A stretch of DNA of 64,000 bases, from assembly GCF_009914755.1 (NCBI RefSeq), contig NC_060938.1; one strand, given 5' to 3'. The notes beneath the pieces were generated by a model that saw nothing but the letters and a program-made list of their open reading frames with translations, had not been told where the DNA came from and did no database searches. Numbering within the stretch: position 1 is the stretch's first letter; the number at the start of each line of letters is the position of its first letter. The stretch comes from the human T2T-CHM13v2.0 reference genome, Homo sapiens. The position numbers and the translations under genes are program-made. Shown piece by piece: positions 53,146 through 64,000 of the stretch.

Positions 53146-56100
53146 TTCCAGTAATTTAAATGGCTATAACACCTGATTGTGAAGCTCAGAAAAAGGACAA
53201 TGCTGGGCTTGAGGTATCCTCTGTAATATCTTAACTGAGCAGTAGAACAAGAAGTTTACCAGGTCAGTTTCCTTGAAGTGAGCTGTCGAAAGGCACCAAT
53301 AATCTGGGTAGCAATGAATGTTCTCAAAGATCAAGCCGCTCCAAGCCTGTATGATATGACTGAAGGGAATGCGTACCACCAGTCCTTCTTTGGACATCTA
53401 CATGTATCAATAAGTTGGAAGTACCACATGCATAGGAACAGGTTGCTTTACTTTTGTGATTCATTTTCTCCTGATGGTTGTCCATTTTGCCATTTAATCT
53501 GACCCTCAGTGTTATAATTGAGAAAATGATACCATGTTACTTACTAACCTTAAGCACTAGGTATGTTTGTACAGACAGTATTTCTACTGCTCTAAAAATT
53601 ACCTCTCTCATCATTCCTACTCTTTCCACTTTTCGCTTACTGTCCTAGGCTTTTCAGTCATTGGAGTTTACTTTGCTTACGCAGGAGACTCTGCCCTTTG
53701 ACTCTCTAAATTTCTTCCTAAAACTCCCTAATTACCTCAATGGACACAACAGTTGTTCATTATTCTCTTTGGCCTCAATCATAACTTTGAGTGGAAGAGA
53801 GATATAAAATCACTTCTCTGCTGATTTTATTAGTCTTTCCATTTTCCTCCCATGTTTACCTGTTGCAATCATTATAACACAATTACATTAAGATTGAATA
53901 TTTTACAAAGCACATGTGGTTATGAAATGCAAAATGTAATCATTGGGACCCATTTCAGATAAAATTCATTTTCATCTTATTCATTTTTTACTTTTTTGAT
54001 TGTTTTCTTTGGGTACCTGACTGCTTAGTACTTAGCAGTTGCCACACAGGCATTCTCTCTAAGAAGATGAATTTCAGATGCAAGATTCCTCAGGTAAGCC
54101 TCACTCAATGCTAATTACTGGATAGACTCAATCCTTGTATAAAAAATGAAAATTGTAAGCGAAATTTTTTTGGAAAAAAAACCACTGCACATTAGCAACT
54201 GAATACTAAATAGTGGTAGACTAGTATGTATTCTTCTCTCTAAACCCACCACATAGAAAATAAAACAGCCTTGTTTATATAACCCAACCTAGAAAATAAT
54301 GGTGCAAAACATTTCATTCTTACAAGAGACAACTTGCTCCCAACCGTATAGTTAAGGGCTACGTATCATTCAACCAAAGATCCACTAAGCTATGTTCATG
54401 CTCAAAGAATTGGTACAATTGCATTTGTCCCAAGGTGGGTCACTTAGTCTTGTACCACATGATATTACTTTGGTTTTCAAATGGAGCCCATAAAAAAGAC
54501 TGATTCCCATTCTTGGCCATTTTTGCCTTCCTTGCCATATGTAGGGCTGTGTAACATGAGCTCTTTCCTTGGTGGCTAGTCTGATCTATTGCTTGTTGCA
54601 GGGCTCCAGAGACCTAGAAAACAAAATTGCTCCTAGAACAAGCACCCTGCAATTACTCAGGCTGTAACTACATAGACCTAACAAACAGCATTGCTCCCCA
54701 GGTGGCTTTCTTGTGCCCTACTCTTTCTGCTGTTAGGCCTTTTGCTGTTCCAGGAATCCAGGAGATTGAGCATGGACTTCTCCAGAGTCATCTGGTCATT
54801 GCAAAGCTGAATTATATTCAGTGCATATCCAGAGATATGGTTATCAAAACTTGCCACAAGTACTTTATGAAACTAGTAGATTTTACAATTGTCAATTTAT
54901 ATATATTGAGCTTCTACTAAGAGAGAGCAAATATCTACTAAATATAAATAGTTATCAAAGCAGCATTTATTTTCAGGTTGTAAACAGTCTAAGAAGATGA
55001 CAGGAAAGTACATATAAATATGAATAGTTTTAAAAGAAAATCTTATGGTTTTATAAAAGTTAAAGGCCATTTTTGTTTATAGTTTTCAGTAAATTTTTGA
55101 AAACTTTTCTGACGTTTCTTTAACTGCTTTGGGATTTATTAAACAACTCCTTATGCACTCAATCATTTAAATTTGTGTTGTTCTTTTTATAAAATCATTC
55201 TACATAGATAATGGCAAATAATATACCATTCTCAGTGAGAGTAACTTTATTATATAAATATATTATTTGATAATTTTAGCAGGATACACTTAGGGATTAT
55301 AAGTAAAGCTTCAACAAATTTTTGATTTATTCTAATAAACTAAAGTGCTATATAATTTTGCATAGAAGAATATTGTTTGAGAATAAAATCCTTAGAAATA
55401 TGAATCAGTTCATATACAGGAATAAAGATATTTAGTATGCAAGAAGATATATTAGAGTTTTCGTTAATTGCCTATGATTTATACTATAGTTATTTCCTTA
55501 TCCTTTTGCCATTTTTAGATTTGTTTCTGTTTAGACTCCTGTTTCTGTAACATTTTATTCTTTTTGAGAGGATATTGGAAGCATTGGTCGAATTTTCACT
55601 GCATAGTAATTATAAGCCATAACAATAAAATATAGTTACCAGGACAGCGAGGACTTTTGGAGAAAAACATAGTCTATCATTAAAAAAATGTTATCGCTTC
55701 AAGAAATTGTAAAGTGACGAATAAAATACGTTAATAAGTAATCAACTGATTATTTTAGTCACAGAGGTTTGGAGACTAGAGCTTATGGGTATGTTGCAGA
55801 ATAAACAATCTGACAGAAAACAATGTTTGGCAATTAGAGTAAATATTTTGAAATATTAACTATTGATTATTTTTATCACTTTCAAAACCTAAGAAGTTAG
55901 ACATAAGATAGAGTGAATTTTTGATATCTCTATTAAATGTTCACAAAATTGTATTACATTTGCATATTATAGAGTTGAGGCTGTTTCAGTTAATATCTAC
56001 CTAGCTATTAGATTGTGGAAGCTCATCGCTTCTTTTTCCCAGCTGAAGGATGGTTTCCATTAACTGGTTATCAGAATAAAAATGAATACTTTTTGTTGAT

Positions 56101-57504
56101 CAGCCTGGATCTTTAAAGCTGACATCTTTGCTAAATACTGTGTGTATAAATCACTCTGTGTCATAGTATTTGAGATGATAATAATAATAAAAATAATACA
56201 AGTTTTTACTATTTTTAACAAAATATATCTTATTTAAGTAAATTTTTGCACAAGTTAAATAGGTTAATTTTTAGATATAGATATATTTGGAGATGAAAGT
56301 AATATAACATAACTTAAAATTGTATATAGCAAAAGCATTTATTTTAAGGTTTTTAAATTCAGAACTATTAAATTCACTTGTAAGGCCTAATAGAGAAGAA
56401 CATTCCCTTGAATAGTCTTTCCTCGTTTTTTGACTTCAGCTGGATACTTCCCTGGAAATTAGTACTGAATTGGCTAATTAAGCTCTCAATACTTAATCTG
56501 GTGGATGGGCCACAGACTCATGTTTCTGACTAAAACTGTGAACCATTTTTACTTTAATTGGAGTATTCTCCTTCAAATGAATTAAATGATAAAAGTTGTG
56601 ACCTGTTAGCTTTTCTTGCAAATTTGCATATCCAAAAATGAGGCTTTTTCTTCTATTATAAGCCAATGAGAAAACAATGTTTGAGACAAATAATGGTAAT
56701 TTTTTAGCTCATTAAAGGCTCTGCTCCTTTAATATTCAAAGAATAATTTGCCCCAAATATACTTGCTTTATTCTTTAAGTGAACTTGTTCTTTTCAATAT
56801 CTTAATTAAAACCTATTACCTTTACTAATGGTCAAAATGACTTTTATTATTTTTAATACAAATACATTTTTAAAAAATACAGCATTTCAAAAGAGTATTC
56901 TTCACACACTTTTTTTAATGAATGTGAGATGATAAATAACAGGGCATTTGAAGTTGTTTGGTTCCACTTAAAGCTTATTCCCATTAAGACTCTTACAACA
57001 GAAGTGATGCGTCCTAAGGACACTTACTTTCACAGAGTAAACCAACCTACTGACAAACATCTTTCTTCTCTTTTCACACATCTTATAAACACAATTCTTC
57101 TTTGCTGAAAAATGAAGAGCTGGGTTAGAAAGTGAGTAGTTCAGCACACAGGATTACCCAGGAAGTAGAGGTGGAGGTGATGGTGATACTGGGGCAGTGC
57201 ACAATGCATATGTTCTTTCAATTTCTCTTAAATAATGTCTTCTTGGCAAGAAACTATGTTATGGAGGGTAAATGGAGTGGACAAATGTTTTAAGATATAA
57301 TTACTCACCATTGTTAATAAATAAGATAGAAGTCTACTCTTTTTCTTAACATTTGCTACAGTACAATAATAGCTCCTCAAGGCAAAAGCAGAGACAGCCA
57401 ACAGGGAGATACAGCTGACAAAGCACTATTACCGCATCCATTATGGTAATGTATAACTCAAATAACACAGTTTTATAGTTCTATAAAGAGAAAAAAAGAG
57501 AGAA

Positions 57505-57860
57505 TGTCTGCCAGTTGGGCTCGTGTGAAGTGGACTCCAAGGAAATTAATGTGCGGGAGAAATACCGGGGTGCTCGCCAGATGACCTGTGGAAGAGAAGA
57601 CAAGGCATCAGGATTGGACAGAGAAAGACGTCAAGCTCCAATGTAGTCATAGTAAATGGGATGATGCTTCAGAAATCTCCCCAGTGGGAACAAGAAAATT
57701 AGATGCAGGTCACCCTGAGAGGGAGGTCTGGTATTTGGTAGAGTGGTTCCCTTTGGCTCAAGGAATCTCCAAGGGGGCTGACAACTGAGCTGTCTGCTGG
57801 CAGCACTGGCAGCAGCTGGGGAAATAAACTCTTCATTTCCGAAAAAGGAGCAAGAATGGA
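57505..57860. mobile_element. Solo LTR, ERVL class (LTR33-like)
   Basis: GC-richer island resembling LTR33 (...GGCATCAGGATTGGACAGAG...GGCAGCACTGGCAGCAGCTGGGGAA). Confidence 0.55.
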
Positions 57861-59285
57861 ATATGCTTTTGTATTGGAAAAGCATTTCAATTTTTTTCTG
57901 TCATCTGTTTCTCCTCTCTCTGCCTGTTCCAATCCATGTTGCATTTAGCTGCCAAATAAATATTCATGTCTTTATGAAACTAGAAGGTTTCCTAAATGCA
58001 TTTTAAACCCAGATGTGTTTCCATTGTCTCCTTTTGTCTGCCTTTCTATTATATGTTTAGCCCATTGTTGTTTCCTCCAAAAAAAAAAAGTACCTGTTAT
58101 AAAAATTAATATATCTGCTCTCTAGTCCTGGAACACAAACACTCATTATGAGCTCTTCATCACTTCACATGCCCTTTCCTCACAGCCAGTGTCTTCCTTG
58201 GCTTACCAAGTTCAGTTTTGGCTCTGTTTCTTCGATGAATTATTTTCTGCCAGGTTCCCCTGATCTCTTTTTCCCTAGCCCGAATGCACTTACATTCTCT
58301 ACCATACAATAAAGTATTTAAATTTTACAAAATGAATTGATTTTTTTACTAGGTCACTAAAAAAACTTATGGAGTGCAGGCACTATATTTTTGTTTTGTT
58401 TAGTTTTCTATCACAGTTGCTAGCAAACTTCTGGGGCTATTGAGGATGCTTAAAAACATTTGTTATTTATCTGATTGAGTTATATTCCTTATTTTCCAGT
58501 GGCATTCATATGCTATAGTATTATTGCCCCATCCCCTAAAGTCCCAGATTACATTATCTATTTCTCTCCTAGTTATCATAGACACTAATTTTCTAGCTAT
58601 TTGTATTCTATGTCTTTATGTATCTTTAAATATTTCATAAGCAACTTAAGGAAGCCCATTAGTTATTTCTTCACCCCCCCTTTTCAATCCCAAATATCTC
58701 CAGTGATTTTCATGAGGAAGACCCTGAAAATTTGTTCACAGAATGGTCTAACATTAATGGAATTTGAAGCTGGACATTAAGGCTAGAACGGAATGTATTG
58801 TTTGGAGGAAATGAAAGATGATTTACCATCATAAACTTGTTGCTTTTAATTAATAATTGCTCTTTTGGAGAAAAAAAAGATACTTTTGTCCCCATCATCA
58901 TCAGGACCATATTATATTTCAGTAACAGAATATCAAGAATTATGCTCATATTTTTTTGATATGGTCTTAAATATTCACAAAGACAGACCATATTTCCATC
59001 TAACAAGTTAGATGACTTAATATATTTGGTAATTAATTTCCTATGTGAATACACTATTTTCCTTATTTTGTTTATATTTCTGAACTAAAATTATATAAAG
59101 CTTTTTTTATTCAGACATTAAAAATAATAATTTACTTTTTTTTGTTGAACAGTGAAATTACTGTGACATCTACAAGTACATCCAGAACTATCTCTGCCTC
59201 CAGGGATTTTCTAACAAGCACTTACAATTTTTTGTTTAACCACAAATTTGAAATCAAATACGCTCTTAATTTGTCATATAAATTA

Positions 59286-59339
59286 TTAGGTTAGTGCAAA
59301 AGTAATTGCAGTTTTTGCCATTATTTTTGCACCAACCTA
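59286..59339. mobile_element. MADE1 MITE (Hsmar1-derived), internally deleted
   Basis: TA|TTAGGTTAGTGCAAAAGTAATTGCAGTTTTTGCCATTA...TTTTGCACCAACCTA inverted termini. Confidence 0.92.
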
Positions 59340-59959
59340 TAATATATCTGAGTACAAAGAAGATAAAATAAAAGTTCATGCATTTAAAAAAATGACTAGG
59401 GATATAAAGACTTAGGCTCAGTGTTATAATTAACCCATTTTTATTTCCAGAATATTTTTCATGCTTTTTCTATTATAGCTATGATAAAAATTCATCATAT
59501 TTATATAAAAAGTAGGAAAAAAGTACCACACATGTAATAAATGATAGAAAATACAGGAAATATAAAAAGTGGAAAAAATAGTCAAATTGGTCCTAGGCCA
59601 TACCACTGGTCTAAAAGCCTTACCCACATTGTAAGATCTTTCTTTTTTATCTTTAGGTTTAATGGTACATATTTTAATTATCTTGTATATTAAATTGTAT
59701 AGCTTGAAAATTACTTATTATATATAAAGTGAAGTGTTCTTCTTTTTCCCCTTCAGATTTGGACATCTAGAACATAGTCACCTAACTCAGAGCTGTAAAA
59801 AATATGCCCAAAGCTAACATCTAGGCAAACTACCTAAGATTTCATCCTTCTGCTTAATTAATAAAGGGAAATAATTCAATACTGTGTACATCTGATGTAG
59901 ATGATAAAACTGGCCCTGAATATAATTTTTTACTCTTTTTTGTTACCATGCTCTTTGGC

Positions 59960-60725
59960 ATGGTATTTTGTAGTGCCCTCCCTACCTATATGGGCTTGGT
60001 CATTTCACTAATTTTGACTAATGAAGTAAGGTGGAAGTGACATTATGCTGGTACTAAGCCAAGTCTGTGAATATTTTTACTCATTCTCCTATACTTATTT
60101 CATTGCCTTAAGAAATGCACTGGCTGATAAAAAAATAAAAAATAAAAGTATTTTCTTTGCAGCAACATGGATGTAGCTGGAGGCCATCATTCCAAATGAA
60201 CTAACACAAGAGAAGAATACCAAAAACTTCATGTTCTCACTTAAATGTGAGAGCTAAACATTGGGTACATATGGACATAAAGATGAGAACAATAGACACA
60301 GGGGACTACTAGGGAGGGGAGGTGGAGAGGAGAGCAAGGGCTGAAAAACTAGCTATTAGGTACTGTGCTCACTACCTGGGTGACAGGATGATTTGTACTT
60401 CAAACCTCAGTGTCATGCAATATACTCATGTAACAAACCTGCACATGTACCCCCTGAATGTAAAATACAATTTTAAATTGTATGTAAAAAAGAAATTCAC
60501 TGTCTAGCTACTGGAAGATGAGAAACACATGGGGCAGAGCTGAGTTGCCCCAATTATCACTGCATATACTCAGGTGCATAAGTCACCTCGGCCAAAATCA
60601 AAAAGATCTTCTATTTATGGCTACTCTTAGTTGTTAAGGGGTTCATATAAGTGAAATAAATGCTAATAAGTGTATATCAGTGAGATTTTGTGAATGTTAT
60701 GCAATATTGCTGTAGCAATAAATAC
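59960..60725. mobile_element. Old MLT1-type MaLR LTR split by an L1 insertion
   Basis: MLT1-like pieces on both sides of the L1 at 60126-60489. Confidence 0.5.
60126..60489 (+). mobile_element. 5'-truncated L1 3' end (L1PB/old L1PA-type)
   Basis: GCAGCAACATGGATG...CATGTTCTCACTT...GTAACAAACCTGCACATGTACCCCCTGAA. 16-bp TSD AAGAAATGCACTGGCT (60110-60125) / AAGAAATTCACTGTCT (60490-60505). Confidence 0.88.
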
Positions 60726-61225
60726 CCTTTCAGTGCTATTGAGAAGGATTTGAATCCTCCATTGCCATCCTTGGGGACATGATTTAACTTTGACCATAAC
60801 TGAATTACTACTTACTGTGAAATGTTACAGTGGAGTATTAGCCTATATGTTTCTTTACAACTTCTAATATTTCAAATGTCTTTCAATAATTCATTTTCAG
60901 TAGAAAAGTCACAATATTTTACTGTAGATTCACAGGAAGTTGTTCTCTAAGAGCTAAACTTTTAGAGTAGTAGCCTTCAAATTTTTAACTACACATACCT
61001 AAAAGAATTCTGGAACACTGTACTTCCCTTCCTTTTTAGGGGTGACAACTAAAGATGTCCATCCTAAGATTAAATAAATTTATTACTCATAAGTGATAAA
61101 AAATATTAGATATTTCATTTTAAAATTTGAAACAATGTACTGATTAAAGTAGTAATAAATACTGAATATATTTATAAAGTCAACTTTAACTACCTAATTG
61201 AATAAAACAAATATAAAAAATGTAT

Positions 61226-61631
61226 TACATCAGTCCATTCTCACATTACTAGAAATAAATATCCAAGGCTGGCTAATTTATAAAGAAAAGAGATTTAATG
61301 GCCACATGGTCCTGCAGAATGCACAGGAAACAGCAGCATCTTCTTCTGGGAAGACCGCAGGAAACTTACTATTGTGGCAGAGGGTGAAGGGGGAGCAGGC
61401 AAGTCACTTGGAGAAAGCAGGAGCAAGAGAGAGAAGGGGGTGGGGCCACACACTTTTATTTCACCAGAACTCACTCATTATCTCGAGGTTAGTACCAAGC
61501 GGATGGTATTAAATAATTCATGAGAAAACCGCCCCCATGATCCAGTCTCCTTCCACCAGGCCCCACCTCCAACAATGTAGATTACAATTCAACATGAGAT
61601 TTGGGTGGGGACACAGGTCCAAACCATACCA
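61226..61631 (-). mobile_element. MST (MSTA-like) ERVL-MaLR solo LTR
   Basis: Ends ...GAGATTTGGGTGGGGACACAGGTCCAAACCATACCA; 5-bp TSD TGTAT at 61221-61225 and 61632-61636. Confidence 0.9.
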
Positions 61632-62569
61632 TGTATTTTGTTTACTGGCAGAGTTCAGTACTCCTGCAAAATGTATGAATTATTAATCTTTCAAAATAGG
61701 AACATCAGTAACTTATGCTTTGGCTATTCTAAATTTGATCTTGAGGCATGGATCAAAATATCCATTAATAATATAAAACACTGTGTGTGTGTTTGTATTG
61801 ATATGGTGTGTTTCTGTGTGTGTAAAGAGAAAAAAATATTTTAAGGTTTAAGACAGCTTTGATTAAAGATTAAAGGAGAATTTTCTGTATTCTATATATG
61901 TGTATCCATTTGTTTGACATCCCGAAGTTTTATAAACCTTGGGTTAATAAACAGTATTAAGATTTAGGTTCAGAGAAAGGTGTGCCTGTAATTGTGTATA
62001 TTGATAGCAGATTATGTGAATTTAGATTTGTTTTCAGATCATTTTTTTAAAAAAGGCATATATGAGAACGAGAATCTAGGAATCAATTCCATTGAAACTA
62101 CTGGTGCATGCCAACCTGATAGAAAGTCTTTATGTACCCCAGGGCCCCAGGTTGAAGACTTTTCGTTGAGAAAAGGCAAAAATAGTGTCACCACAGTTTC
62201 TTAAGCAATACAGGCATTCAATAAAGTTGCCTGAGTGAGTGACTCTGAATGCAATTAATGGGATAAGAAAATAGGTGACTGGGTGCCAAAATAAGCAACC
62301 CAGCCAACTTAGTGCTAAGTAATTCAAAGAAGAGAGATAAAAACATGTAGAGGTGTTAAATAGCAAATCATACAAAAAAGATATTTTTGCATACCAAAGA
62401 TCTGTGAATGCATTTCTAAGTGTTCAATATTTATGAATGGCTATGAGATTGAAAGCTGCTTCAGGGCAGAAGCTGTGTGTTATTTATCTTTGCCTTTTTC
62501 TCAGTAAAGCACTAGCTGCTGACCCAAAAATTGTTCCAATTCAAATCACTTAAATTCAATGCTAGGGCA

Positions 62570-62790
62570 GAATGCTAGTTGTTAAAAAAAAGTAGACTCT
62601 GGACCAGCTTACCTGTGTCTAAGTCTCAGTTTTTCCATTTAGTATGCGTGTAACTTTGGGCAAGTTGTTTAATCTCTCTGGACCTTAGTTTTCTCATCTG
62701 TGAAATGGTTTGCATAATGGTACTTATAATACTTCACTCAGTTATTATTGGCTCATGTAAATGATATCAAATCGTAACACATGCATACTT
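62570..62790 (+). mobile_element. MIR SINE
   Basis: GTGTAACTTTGGGCAAGTTGTTTAATCTCTCTGGACCTTAGTTTTCTCATCTGTGAAATGG core. Confidence 0.8.
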
Positions 62791-63759
62791 TACATTTTAC
62801 ATACATTAGCTATTTTTATTTAAGTTGCCTTTCCTGAAGTCATCAATATAAGTTTTACCTACTAAAGTAGAAAATTTTGTATTTTCCTTCTCTATTGATT
62901 CAACATTTCCTAATAAGTGCCCATACCCCATGTGCGTTTATTCATTCACTGAGTAAAAGGGCAATGACAATTAAGCATATACTGTTGAAATGTTAATGCA
63001 TATTTTAGCAGTCTGTTGAGGAGGTTTAGAATCCTCTGAAAAGTTTGAAAACGATTGATAATAGATTTCCTTTTTCGTTTTTTCAATGAAGACTGGAATT
63101 GGAATACCTGTCATATATTAATTTAGTTTTTGAAAGAAAAGTGATTGTTAGGAAATAATAAAGACAAGAAAACTGATTATTTTCTAAACTTCTTAAAAGC
63201 TTGTCATCATTATCACTACCATCACCAACAAGAATATAGACATTGACAATTATACATTTTTGAGGTGATCTTAAAATTTGTGAAAACACTTTCAATAAAC
63301 GTAATAAATAGAAAGTTTACTCCTTGAAAAAGAAAAATCCAAGAAATCTTAATTCAACATCATTTTACAGTTAACTAGAACATTCTCTTAAATAGCGTGA
63401 AATTTTAAAATGAAAACCAAAACAATTATTTTTTAAATTTTTACTGTCATTTAGATCAAATCTTTAACATACAAATCAAAACAATTGTTTAATGTCCTGA
63501 ATATATACTTATACATCTATTATTTTAGGAGGTGCAAGTATATAACACACTTATGTGCTATTATGTAAGCTCTGGAAACTATTCTTGCCTTACAGTTAAT
63601 GCAGAAATTTGCACTAAATTATCCTTTATTTAGTACTTTTATAATATATACTATGTTCTGGTTAATAATACACCAATCCCATGTTTCTCTGGGAAATTGA
63701 ATCAAATTTATGAAGTTATGCTGTATATAAACACATTTTGCAATGCGATTTATAAATGA

Positions 63760-64000
<241 letters not shown>

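Noticed and set aside
55958-56670. Octamer (ATTTGCAT) and CCAAT motifs as a promoter or snRNA-type element
   Set aside because: Octamers recur throughout this AT-rich window, with several expected by chance. There is no CpG island, PSE or RNA gene nearby.

Overview
Very AT-rich, CpG-poor primate (almost certainly human) genomic DNA, not prokaryotic. The left ~11.3 kb is the 3' end of the synaptic adhesion gene LRFN5 (SALM5) on the + strand. A 44-nt penultimate exon (5693-5736) and the last exon (from 10930) together encode (N)ALLTNVDQIVQETQ-RLELI*, which I recognise from memory as the LRFN5 C-terminus; a short 3'UTR and AATAAA follow. The other ~52 kb is gene desert filled with transposon fossils: a TSD-flanked, internally deleted L1PA3, a large old L1MB-type element, smaller L1 pieces, seven Alu-family elements, a full-length HSMAR2 mariner, a MADE1 MITE, MaLR/ERVL LTRs, MIRs and microsatellites. 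Apart from L1 and mariner remnants, the long ORFs in the track look spurious. I see no evidence for a wholly new multi-gene system. The best leads are splicing features at the LRFN5 3' end: an exon readable in several frames, a candidate 90-nt cassette exon with an internal stop, and a recursive-type AG|GTGAGT site. Also notable are a strong CTCF motif, candidate conserved enhancers, and several informative retrotransposon junctions. Repeat subfamily names and comparisons with consensus sequences are from memory and need RepeatMasker/Dfam confirmation.
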